From contig NC_045697.1 in assembly GCF_009834535.1 (NCBI RefSeq), forward strand, positions 15,812,001 through 15,876,000: DNA of 64,000 nt, given 5' to 3'. The notes below the pieces were generated by a model. It saw only the letters and a program-made list of their open reading frames with translations, was not told where the DNA came from and made no database searches. The position numbers and the translations under genes are program-made. This document shows, in pieces, positions 1-11,930 of this stretch (position 1 is its first letter; every line of letters starts with the position of its first letter). Source of the DNA: Camelus ferus (lineage: Eukaryota).

Positions 1-149
1 TGACTGCAGGCTCACTGCCTTCTGAGAATCCTCACAGTGAGTACCGGCATTGTACATTTCTTTGTTTTCTTCTTCAGATCATCTTGTTCTTCTTCCCAGA
101 AAGAAATTGATAAAAGTCTGCAATGTCTGTTCCCGCGTAAACGATAAAA

Positions 150-330
150 GCTAACAGAAACGATTATATATATCAGGCACAGTTATGAATGTTCTCTGTG
201 AATGAGATAAAGTAATCCTAACAACTATCCAAAGTAGGTATCTTTTCCATTTTGTAAATAAGGTAATGGAAGCCTAGTTTGCCCCGAGTACTTGTAGCTT
301 TAAGTGGCAGAGCCCGGATTTGAACTCATG
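150..330 (-). mobile_element. MIR SINE relic
   Basis: ccattttgtaaataaggtaatggaagc...gtggcagagcccggatttgaactc resembles the antisense MIR core. Confidence 0.65.
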
Positions 331-1421
331 GAGGAGGGCATGTCTGTGAAACCTTGTGTCACCATGCCTTACTGTTTTCCCAAGAGCAAGAGGTTTTTTT
401 TGGGGGGGGTGGGGCGGGGGGGTTGGTTAGTTAGTGTAAATGCAAAATAAGCAACATCTTAAAGACAATTATTTCTGGGCTTGACCAGAATATCCATAAT
501 AATGCTTCGTAACGATCTAATAATAATCTAATCACAATGTATATCTATACAGTGATTTATTTGAAAGTAACAATTCAGATTTATAGATTTTCCAGTAGCT
601 GTTAAGCAGGCCTCTGTAACATTCTGATTCTTCTATGAGCACCTTCTAGCCAACCTTGAGTTGTGCATGGTGAGAGCAAATACCAGGCAATGGTTCCATG
701 ATCTACTCTCATTGGTGTTAGCAGTTGGTAGCAAGTGTCTTAAATTCCTTCTGTATAAAGATAAGGAAAGCAGAAATAATCTCTAAGAAGCTCTCTGTAG
801 ATAAGAACAACCAATATTCTCCTTTTCTTTGTTTTCTTTTTACATCATTCTGTCAATAGGTACATCCACCCACTGATGTGATGCTTGTCAAGGGCATTAG
901 ATCCAGCTTGTTGAATTGTTTCACTGGAGTGACTTACATACACCATGAACAGGCCACAAATCATGATGTCTAGGGTCTGGGCTTGTCCACTAACAGAAAA
1001 TTAAATTTTGCTGATGGAATACATCTGAATCACATCTGAATGATAGTTTATCTAATTTATGATTTTAGAAAAGATAAAAAGAGATATCAAGTTGAAAAAG
1101 AGAATAACCAAGATGATTCATGGAAAACGAATTTGAGAAAAATGTGTGCTTAGAGAGCTGGGAAAAGCAGTAGTCTTTTGTTTGCTTGTTTGGTTGTTTT
1201 GTTTTGTTTTGTTTTTGCATTAGCCAAACCTTGTCTCTTTCCTTCTAATCCTCCCTTCCCTCCTCACCTGCCTTACTCAAGAGAACTATCAGAGTGCAAG
1301 TTCAGGTCCTTTGTAGATGTCAGGATAGTTAAGACAGGGCCCAAGTACTCAAAGAGCTTACAATCTACCCTTGGAAAGAGACTGTGAGCATCTCTTATAC
1401 ATGGCAAGCAGTCTCTGGGGG

Positions 1422-1453
<32 letters not shown>

Positions 1454-1465
1454 AAATAAAGGTGT
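1422..1465 (-). mobile_element. Poly(A)-only retroposed insert: T25 flanked by direct repeats
   Basis: ataaaggt at 1422-1429 and again at 1456-1463, around a T run at 1429-1453. Confidence 0.5.
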
Positions 1466-1543
1466 TAATAGTCCAGGAAATAAGAAATCAGAGCTCCAAA
1501 CAAAATGATCTCTGCAACTGCTGGTATCCAATAAAAAGGGAGA

Positions 1544-1699
1544 GTGGAAAATGCCACTGGACTTTTGATAGGAATTGCACTGATTCTGTAGATTGCTTTG
1601 GGTAGTGTGGTTATTTTAACCATATTAATTTTCCCAGTCCATGAACACTGGATATCTTTCCATTTATTTGTGTCTTCCCAAATTTCTTTTATCACTGTT
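1544..1699 (-). mobile_element. L1 ORF2 fragment, inverted 5' part of a 5'-inverted L1
   Basis: Minus-strand translation [43 protein letters not shown] is typical L1 ORF2. Confidence 0.9.
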
Positions 1700-2582
1700 G
1701 GTGGGCATGTAAATTAGTGCAGCCACTATGGAAAACAACATGGAGTTTTCTCAAGAAGTTAAAAGTAGGTTTACCGTATGATCTAGTAATTTCACTACTG
1801 GGTATCAATCTGAAGAAAATAAAAACACTAATTTGAAAAGATATTCACACTCCTACATTTACTGCAGCAGTTATTCACAATAGTCAAAATATGGAAACAA
1901 GATAGGTGTCCATTGATGGGTGAATGGATAAAGAAGATGTGGTGCATATGTAAGTAGTATGCAATGGAATACTACTCAGACATAAAAAACCCTGAAATCT
2001 TGCCAATTACAACAACATGGTTGGAGCTTGAGGGTATAATGTGAACTAAGTCAGACAGAGAAAGACAAATATCATACTATTTTAATTATATGTAGAATCT
2101 AAAAAACAAGACAGAGAGTAAAGAAGCAATCCCTTTTAAAATCATATCCAGAACAGTAAAATATTTAGGAATAAATCTGACCAAGGAGGTGAAAGACTTA
2201 TACACAGAGAACTACAAAACATTGATTAAGGAAATTGGAGATGACTTAAAGAAATAGAAAGATAAAAAACAAGACAAGTCAAACCGAACCAAGTCAGACT
2301 CAGACTCATAGATACAGAGAACAGATCAGTGGTTGCCAGAGGGATGGGGGGTGGGATGGGGTGAAGTGAGTAAGCCAGGGTAAGGAAGTACAAACCTCCA
2401 GTTATAAAATAAATGTCATGGAGATGTGAAGTACAGCATGAGGAATACAGTCAATAATATTGTCATAACTTTGTGTGGTGATGGCAACTAGACTTACTGT
2501 GGTGATCATTTCACAATGTCTGCAAGTATTGAATCACTACGTTGTACACCTGAAACTAATATAATATTGTATGTTAATTACA
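1693..2582 (+). mobile_element. L1 ORF2 C-terminus and 3'UTR (L1MA-like)
   Basis: cactgttggtgggcatgtaaattagtgcagccactatggaaaac...gttgtacacctgaaactaatataatattgtatgttaatta are L1 3'-end hallmarks. Confidence 0.9.
2114..2262 (+). mobile_element. Nested internal L1 ORF2 fragment with 14-bp TSD
   Basis: Encodes KEAIPFKIISRTVKYLGINLTKEVKDLYTENYKTLIKEI; flanked by taaaaaacaagaca at 2100-2113 and 2263-2276. Confidence 0.85.
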
Positions 2583-4015
2583 CATGTATATGGGAGGATG
2601 TCTTTCTTGGGCTTTTATCTCAGTGACCCCTACACTGAAAACCAGATAGTGTCCCCCCAACTCTGCATGGCATTTTTTTCACCCATCAATATAAATACAC
2701 AATCCCAGCCCAGATGCTAAGCCTCCTCCTTTCCAGCCACCATTTGTTTAGAAGAGTCTGGATTTTGCCAAAATGAAATACACTGATATTTTAAAGATGC
2801 AGTTTCACAGGAAGAATGAATATGGCCCTGAGGCTTGTCCTCTTGCTTAGGAGTGAAGAGCTAAAATCTTCACACTTTGAAGATGAGCTTCAAGTGTCAT
2901 GATTTGGGGCAAAGCCAACAGGTCTTATTGTCCAAGAAATCCCCATGCCATTCTTCTTCAGCTTTGAGCTGAGAAAGTTGCTGAACCTGGGTAACCCTCC
3001 ATTTCTAAATATTTAAAAAGATAATGAGACTTGTTGGCTGTCAGGATTGCTGTGAAGAGGAACTACGTCTGCTTGGCCAAGTGGGTAGGATGATGCTTGG
3101 TCTACACCTGTTGCTTCTCTCCACGCTTTCCTCATCAGTCTCTCATTTCACCGTGCAGAATGGGAAGAGCTTTAAGGTGAAGTGCCTAAAGTAGGTGTGG
3201 GCTTTGTGAACCCACGTCATGACATATCGACACAGGACATCTTGCCAGAAGTCACTGAAGGAATGACATGTCTCTGTCTATTTTTCTGACCACTCCCCCT
3301 ACCCCCAAACATCTGTAGTTTATTTATAAACTTTTTGCACTTATGTTAGGTATTGATGAGGAGAGAAAGATGAGGAAGGTAAATGGTCAGTTCTTGGCTT
3401 AGAAAACCTACTGTGTACTCTCATCCAAACCCGACCTTGTAACACAGGTTCTAGAATCAGGCTGTGTCCTGGAACATGAGGTACAAGCTGAAGGGAAACT
3501 TGGGGGCTGATCTGATGGAGGGAACCGTGACTTTCTTCCTCTCTGTCAAAGGCGAGCTATCTGGCAATCTTCAAAGAAGTATTATTCCAATCCACATAAA
3601 TTTATCCAAGTATAGATTCTTTGTCTCTTTATAAAATCATTTATATCATGGGGAAAATTTTTAAAAGGCATTTTGGTGTTTGTTTTTTTTTTAAAGTGTG
3701 ATGTTGATCCAACAAAATGGAGTGCCAGAATTCTGGTTGTATGTTGACCCTGGCAAGAGATACTTGTCCAAAATGTGCTGATCACTTGAACTCTCCTTCT
3801 CAGTTTGGAGGTCTGGTTCACTGTTTTCTCATCAGTGTGTTACCAATTCATTTCGGGTATGCCGCAAAAAGTTATGAGTTTCCTTTATTCTAGTGTGTGA
3901 AACTCAGTGCCAAGCATGTGTCAACACGTATTTTCAGATTTGTTTCTCCTCTTGCCATTTTTACCAGGGAGAGAGGGGGCAAGAGTAGAGGAGGTGATTA
4001 AAAAGTAAAGCATGT

Positions 4016-4110
4016 GGGGTGGGGTTCTAGCTCAGTGGTAGAGCGCATGCTTAGCATGCACAAGGTCCTGGGTTCAATCCCCGGCACCTCCATTAAAAAA
4101 AAAAAAAAAA
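4016..4110 (+). mobile_element. tRNA-Ala(AGC)-derived SINE (vic-1-like), tRNA body plus poly(A)
   Basis: A box tagctcagtggtaga, B box ggttcaatccc, anticodon loop ttagcat, and an A-tail. Degenerate TSD aaagcatg/aaggcatg after a TT/AAAAA site. Confidence 0.85.
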
Positions 4111-6670
4111 GGCATGGAGTGAAGAGACTGTGGCCCAGAGTCGAATTTTCATGATCCTTTTGGTTATAGTTAGCTATATGCCTGTTGGAAAGTGGAACTA
4201 CCAAGTAAAGATTAAGTGCCTGTAAAAAGCTAGAAAAAAATTAAAGAAATTTTGGGAAAAAAGCTTTGAGTACAGGCGCTCTATGGCACCAGCATATCCT
4301 GCCTTTGAGAGTAGTAATCAGTTGTATTGTCAAACAAAATGGAAATGCTGGAAAGAGACAGGACTTGGAATGGGAACACCTGGACCTGAGTCCTGGCTTT
4401 GCTGCCTTGTAACAGTGCTTTTCCAGGCAAGTCCCTGGCCCTCTTCTTTGTTTATAAATGATTGCATCTTTCTAAATGACCTTTAATATCATTTCCAGCT
4501 CAGAAGACTCTGTGACCCTGACTGAGGATTCCTCTGCAGACTCCATGAGTAGAGCCTTTTCAGTTCTCTGTTTCATGATTCTGAATGAAGGTCTTACTTT
4601 CATTGGACCACTGTGGAAAGGGAAGCGGGAGGTCTGGAAAGGGACTCTGGGTCCCTTTCTGTGATACCATCTGACACAAAGAGCAGCTGTACCACCAGCA
4701 TTTCTGCTTCCTAAAAAAAGATGATGTGCTGACGTGGACAAAAAAATACCCAAGAATGAAGGGCCGAGGCCCCCGGAATGTTAGCTTTATTTAGCCCCCA
4801 AGACTGGCCGCCAGCTGTGACATTATTACTCAATGCATCTATGTGGCCTTTCAAAACAGTTGTTGCAAGTGCTCAAGAGAGAACAGTAGGCCTGTGTAGC
4901 TCATTTTCTCTCTCTTCCAAGGGATGGGGAGGAAGGCTCAAGCAACTTGCTTTGAAGAATATTAGTGGTTAGAATCAGGGTCTGGTGATGCTTGGTAGAA
5001 TTTCTCTAAGTTCTCATGTGGTCTCATTTAAAGAAAAAATGCTTTCCCCTTTGTATATACTTATTGTCGAACAGATCATAACCTCAACACCAAGACATAA
5101 CCGCATTTTGGAAATAGATCTTGTAAGAAATACATCAGTAAGAAGCCGAAGGAGCATGAGAGGTTGTAACTACATATGTACACGTATGGAAATAGACCTG
5201 GAGACATTAAGTTAACATTTGCAACGTGTACAGATTCTTTAGACTCCACCACACATCCTCAGGGGCTCAGCTAAATGATTCAGAAGAGTGAAAGCGTTGA
5301 CGTTCAAAAGACAAAGTGAGGACTCATGATAAGGCAATTTTGTTCTCTATTTCTGAGAGAAGAAAAGAATCACAGTGCACACCAGGAAAATAATTTTGGA
5401 AACTCACTTAATTGTGAAGGTGATGCTAAGCCAGCTTGTGGTTCAATACAAAGGAAATATTGTTCACGTCCCGTAAATGATTTCCCATATGTAAAGTGAG
5501 GCTGATCCTAGCAGGTGACTTCAGAGATGTGGAAACATTTAACCGCATGTGAGTAAAACTTGCAAACCCTTTTAAAAAATGCAAAGTATGACTTTTAAAC
5601 TAAATCGTGGCTGTCACATTTTGAGACTGAAAGCTCTGAAAGAACAGCTTGTTTATACCAACCACAAAGGCCAGGGACCTGTGGCTTTATTGGATTTCTC
5701 ATCCCAAGAAAATATTTACACTTGGAGGAGATGATGTGTTTTTAACTATAAAAGCCACACGTAGAATATTTGTGCAGAACACTGCAAATAATTTTTTTTT
5801 CCTTTCAGCCTGGAAAAATTGACAGCTCTACTTAAGGCATCAAAAAATAGATAAAATAAAGAATCATAGTCCTTCTAAATGTGTGAAATCTAAAAATTCT
5901 TAGTGGGGAGGTATATGGGTGATTGCCACGAAGGAAAGAAGGTCTTTGGTGAGTTTTCTGCTTTCTACTGCCACAAAATTCTGGTCACTAGAGTTTTTGG
6001 AAACCCAGATACATGAGAGGGAGAGAAAACACCACCTCAAGACAGAATGAGGAAAAAAAAATTTAGTATAAACATACCTCAACAGACCAGAGACAAAATG
6101 GAATAAACGAACATTGTAGGGAAGTATAGGCGATTTGGGGGAATTTTAAAATGTTTTCCATTCCATCACTGACAGTCCAGTTAAAAACAGAAACAATGAT
6201 TGATTTAGGGGTCACTTGGTTTGGGGAAAGAAAACCACTCTAAACTAAATGTTTGCCCTATGCATTTAGTCATTATGCCATAAAATGAAGTCTTTATTTT
6301 TAGCAGGAGCCTCCAGGCTTCTAAATAACAGAGGCAGAAATAAAACAAAAGCAGCAAGCTGGGGAAAGTGGTCCAGAAAAGGATGAGGCAACACATGCTG
6401 GTTTTTTTGTCCTAACAAAAGTGATGTCCAATTGCACTAGAATAGAAGGGGCCAGACCTCATCCTTAATATTCCCTATTGCTTCTCTCACTTTTATAGTT
6501 TCTGGCTGCCTCTCTAAAGAATATAAGGCCAACCTCATGAGAAAACTACATAGAAAACTTCTCAGACTGTATTGTTGGACTGAGATTTAATTATAGCGAA
6601 TGTAGCAAATATTGCTTGGAATATAGAAATAAATGATCCCAAGGATTCAGTGTTTTTTAGATTACACTGA

Positions 6671-7437
6671 TGTAAAATAAGGTAGACATATATATGTGTT
6701 TCTCTGGCTCCAGTTCCTGACACAGAGCTCCTACAGCCCTGTAACGCCCTGAATTTCAGGAGCATTTTTATCCTAATGGGGTGACTCTTGGTGGGCTTCT
6801 GGGTGGGGGCTGATCATGAGGAAGACCAAGCCATTCGTGAGGGAGGGGGGAGGGGCTGGAAGTGGAGATAATAACCGATCACACCCGTGTGATGAAACCT
6901 CCATAAAAATCCCTGCAGTATAGGGTCTGGAGAGGTTCCAGGTTGGTGAACACGTCCAAGCTGGGATCGTGACACACCCAGCGCCATGGGAACAGAAGGT
7001 CCTGCCCTGGGGACCCTTCTGGACCTCACTCTGTATATCTCTTCATCTGGCTATTCATCTGTATCCTTTATCATATCTTTTATTATATAGTACATTGATA
7101 AACACACGTAAGTGTTCCTCTGAGTCTGTGAGCTGTTCTAACAAACTGTTGAAACCAAGGAGGAGGGTGCAGGAGCCCCAGGTTACAGCTGGTCAGTGAG
7201 AAGTACAGGTGACAACCTGGGACTTATGACTGGCCTCTGAGGTGGGAGCAGTGTGTGGGAGCACCGACTCGTGGGATCTGATGCTAACTCTAGGTAGATG
7301 GTGGCAGAACTGGTTCCAATTACCAGACACCCAGGTAGTGACAGAGAATTAGGTGGGTGTGAGAAAAACTCACACATCTGGTGTCAGAAGTCTTGTGAGT
7401 GTGAGAGTAAAGGAAAACTGTGCGTTTTTCCTAGACA
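6671..7437 (+). mobile_element. Solo LTR, MER21-like
   Basis: TG...CA termini with near-TSD actga/aatga. Internal motifs gatgaaacctccataaaaatccc, tatctcttcatctggctattcatctgtatccttt and cacacatctggtgtcagaag recall MER21. Confidence 0.75.
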
Positions 7438-7582
7438 AATGAGATTTTATTTTCATAGTGTTTGTTGGACTACTATGCTGGACTTTGATTGGAATAACAA
7501 ATGGCAAAAGGCCACAAGTCCAGCAAGAGGTGGGGCACCTAATGCCTCACATTAATCAGAAAGAGTTAACAGGGACATTTTC

Positions 7583-8335
7583 CTCTTTTTTCTTTTATTG
7601 AAGTAGAGTTGACTTACCATGTTGTGTTAGTCTCTGCTGTACAGCATAGTGATTCAGTTATACACATGTATATACTTTTTCATTATAGTTTAGTACAAGG
7701 TATTGAATACAGTTCCCTGTGCTGTAAAGCAGGACCTTGTTATCTATTTTATATACAGTAGTGTGTATCTGCAAATCCCAAACTACTAATTTATCCCTCC
7801 CCCACTTCCCCTTTGGTGACCATAAGATTGTTTTCTATGTCTGTGGATCTCTTGCTGTTTTGTAAATACGTTCCTTTGTATCATTTTTTAAGATTTCACA
7901 TATAAGTGATATCATATGATATTTTTCTTTCTCTTTCTGACTTACTTCACTTAGTATGATAACCTCTAGATGCATCCATGTTGCTGCAAATGGCATTATT
8001 TCATTCTTTTTTTATTGCTGAGTATGTGTGTGTATATGTATATATATATATATATATATACATATATCTCACAGCTTCTTTATCCAGTCACCTGTTGATG
8101 GACATTTAGGTTGCTTCCATGTTTTGGCTGTTGTAAATAGCGCTGCTATGAACATTGGGGTGCATGTACCTTTTCAAATTAGAGTTTCCTCAGGGTATAC
8201 GCCCAGGAGTGGAATTACTGTATCATATGGTAACTCTGTTTTTAATTTTTAAAGTAATCTTCATACTGTTTTCCATAGTGGCTTCACCAAATTACATTCC
8301 CACCAACAGTGTAGGAGGGTTCCCTTTTCTCCACA
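7583..8335 (-). mobile_element. 5'-truncated young L1 (3'UTR and ORF2 end)
   Basis: ttgaagtagagttgacttac...cccaccaacagtgtaggagggttccc; TSD gggacatttt at 7572-7581 and 8341-8350; internal (TA)n near 8025-8068. Confidence 0.9.
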
Positions 8336-10752
8336 AGCAGGGGACATTTTTCCCTACACCCATGACTTCCGTTCTGCCTCAGTTCCTTTGCCAGATTTGT
8401 GTAAACAAGAGCAGGTGCTTGTAAAAGTGGGAGAATTCACTTCAGAGAAGCGGCGTCTAATGAGAGAAGCCCTTCACTCACCAGTGTGAGCCACGGAAAA
8501 ATATTGCTCCCCTACACCTCAGAATTGTAAGTTTTAACACTTTAAGTCTGGAGATGTGTCCCTCCCACCAGACCCCCTCCCACTGCCAAGTTAAATTGAC
8601 TGAGGGAATTAGCTTCGTTTGGATGTTATAGCTCAAAGGATCCCCGCCCAACCCTGCTTACCACTATCTTTGCAGCCCTCTGAACGTCCAATGGCTGCTT
8701 TGGATAAATAGCGATGTCTGAGCCAGGACTGTTGTTGGTGAAGTGTCAGCTGCGGGCCTGGCACTTTCTCAGGGCTTCACATCTATCATCTCATTTAATC
8801 CTCACAACCGTCCCGTGAACAAGAATGATCACTCATTCACAGATGGGAAAGCCATTGTTCAGAGGGGTTAACAGGTGCATTGCATGCAGCCTACGTACCT
8901 AGGACGCAGCCATGCTGTCCTTCCCTGGGGCCCGCTGGTTGACACCCAAGCCCACTCACCTCTGCTACTTGCTGTCTTGGAAAACAGGGATCCCCTGTAG
9001 TTTGGAAATACTCAATATTCCAATTTCCTCCCCAATAAAAACCCCAAAGGGCAAGCTGATCAACATCTTCCTTACTGTCAGAGTGCACGTACACAGACAA
9101 GAAATTCACGTGAATAGAGGGGAAATTAATCTTTGGCTGCAGGTTTAGAATGGGTGAAAATAATGGCCGAATGCAGAGTTTCACACATTTCAGGTATTTG
9201 GTTACCACTTTTAAAGTGATCGCCAGATACCTGCATTGATGCTTTCTTTACACGGACTCATTTTTATTTTTATTTAAAAATGTATTTATAAAGAAAAAAC
9301 GTTTATCACAGTGATGTGCAGAAAACTAGCACAATGCATTATAAGTAAAAGGTAACCGGGAAAATAGATAATGAAAACGTGGTGATTTTATTCAATTTTA
9401 GCTCTTTCCTTTTTTGGATTTCCTCCCTCGGTTCCCAGTCCCTCTTCTCACTCGAGCTCCTTTTTGTCCCCCATCAGGCCAGGAGGACAGAAACTTTCTG
9501 CTTGAGTTCTCTGAGGTGTGTCCTCAGGGTAAACACCTTTAAAAATGGATCAGGCGCTGGTTCACTTCCCTTCTTTCATGGTCTGAATCTTCCCCAGTTG
9601 CTGCCCACTTTGCATCATCTTCAGCTCCTTCAGAAAGTTGCCTTTGATGTTATGTTGAGAGATTGCTATTGAAATTCACAATCAGATAATTCTGACATAG
9701 GTTACTCTACCATGATTGGAAGCTAGAACATCTGTTTTTATCATAGTTATAAATAGATTTTTGTGGGTTTTTCTTGTTTGTTTGCTGATTTGTGTGTATA
9801 GTGTCTGTCTCCTTGATGAAACTCTAAGCACATAAAGTGAATGTTACAAAAAGAGACCTTCAGGGAAGATCTTTGTCATAAGCTCCTTCTCACTGACCTG
9901 AACCTTCTCGGTATATTTCAATGGCCTCACGTTGATTTCAGGAATAATATTAACTATATCACTCATTATTTATGCATTTTGATTATTACACAGGAAGGTT
10001 ACAATGCAAGAAGTCATTAGGCAGAATGCAATGCATAAAACTCACACATGAAATGAGAATATAATAATCTTTTAGAATCACTTAAAATGGGCAGAGTATA
10101 TTTTTGCTTTAAATGTTATAAAAAAAACCCTAAGTTGAGGACCAGTGTTGTGCCATGTACCACTGTACCCAAGGAAGAGGGTCCCAGAAAAGGGAATGTG
10201 GGTACATACAGTGTTGCCTTCTGGAAGACAGGAAGGAGGGCTCTCTGGCTAGGTCAGGGGCTGAAAGATGTCCAGCGCCGTCAGTACACCACATTGGCTG
10301 GGTGGACATTTGTGCCATCTGTCCTGACTGAGAAGCTTCACAACTTTTATGATGGATTTCTCTGAGGAGCAGACTTACTGTCTGCTCCCTGAGCCTAAAT
10401 CCTAAATCCACTTCCGCCAGTGGACCCAGAGGGTTCCTTTCTTCCTTGATGACTTCACAGGCAAACAAGGCGAAAGCAGCATCCCATGGTTTTCGGTATC
10501 CTTTCTCCTCCCCCCGTCCATCCCCTTTCTCTGCTCTGAATCTGTAAGGCATTGGGAGGACTGGCAGCAATACACTTAGGAAAGCTGCAGGTAACCTTTT
10601 ACTTTCTCTTTGATTCTTCCCTGAGGATCTTGGGGTAGAAATGGGATACTATTAGAACAAAGTTGGTGAACTTTAATTAGTAGTTTGGAAGATGATTCAA
10701 ACTCTGATTGTATGTTCAGGGACTGGCTTGGTTGGACTCATCAACCACTTTC

Positions 10753-11224
10753 TGTAATAGGGAAGAACAAATCTGAGCCTATATTAGATCTGTTTCTTTT
10801 ACTTTAATCTTTATATTCTATTGCTTGTTAATCACTAAAGGGATTGTTGCCTATCAGCTTAAATTGTACATAATGGTCAATCTCTGGGAACGCTGCCTCC
10901 CAGGTAATGCGTGTTAAACTAAAATACCTTTGTTAGCTCACAGGAAACATCTTGATCAGGCCCACCTGCTAATGGCTGTAGGACGGAAGAAATTAACACT
11001 TTTTTTCTGGAGTCTGGCCTGAACCAGGACTATACCCCTTCCCCTTTTAGTATAAAAGAAGCCTGAATTCAAACTCGAGGAGGATGGATCTCTAGGACAT
11101 TAGTCCACCATCTTCTTGATCTGCTGGTTTTGTAAATAAAGTCATCATTCCTTGCCCCAACACCTCATCTCCTGATTTATTGGCCTGTTGTGCAGCAACA
11201 AGAATGAGTTTGGACTCGGTAACA
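10753..11224 (+). mobile_element. Solo ERV1 LTR (MER41-like), 472 bp
   Basis: TGTAA...TAACA termini; perfect 4-bp TSD tttc (10749-10752 and 11225-11228); TATAAAA at 11051; AATAAA at 11135. Confidence 0.85.
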
Positions 11225-11399
11225 TTTCCTCCTAGGGTTTGGTATAGTGCTTAGCTCATTATAAATGCTGACTGTTCATTTGGTGAATGAATCAATGGAT
11301 TTAGGGAAAAAATAGACCAAATGAGCTTTTCATTCTTAGCTTTCCTGCTTAAGGCAATCCCTGCTCTCAGAAAAGTTATATGTTAACAGGAAAATCAGA

Positions 11400-11930
11400 C
11401 AACTAAACACATTTGAAAATGAAGTACCATGAGTGTTGTGATAAGGGATGCACAAGGTCTAATGGGAACACGGGACAGGGGGACCTAACTGTTTTTGGGG
11501 AATGTGTCCTTAAAAAAGCATCCTTAATCTCACCAAAAGTAGGTGAGTAAGGGTTAGCCCAGGCAAAGGGAGAAAAAGTTCTAGGCAGAAGAAACATAAT
11601 TTGCCAAGAATCATTGCTGAGAAAGAGCAAGGAGCATGGTGGCTTTGAAAGGCTGGAAAGGTTAGAAGAGCTTCTGAGAGGGACACTGTGTGAATGTGGA
11701 TAGAAGGGAGGAAGGAACCAGGCTTTGCATAGATCATCAAGGTCGAACTTCGGGGTCAGAGAACAACCTTGGAACAATCTGTGTTTCAGAAACATGGCTC
11801 AGGCTGCAGTAGGATCGGCTGGATGGTAACACACCTGGAAGTTGGGAGTCCACTTGGAGCTTTCCGGGTTTGAGAGGATTCCCACCGACTTTGCACAGAG
11901 AAGAGGCTGCAGAGAGGAAGGTAAATGGAC
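11400..11930 (-). mobile_element. L2 LINE relic
   Basis: Purine-rich sequence with gttctaggcagaagaaacataatttgccaag, resembling antisense L2. Confidence 0.5.

Noticed and set aside
4021..4092. Functional tRNA-Ala gene
   Set aside because: Broken acceptor stem, poly(A) tail instead of a T-run terminator, TSD-like flanks, and five related copies in the window.
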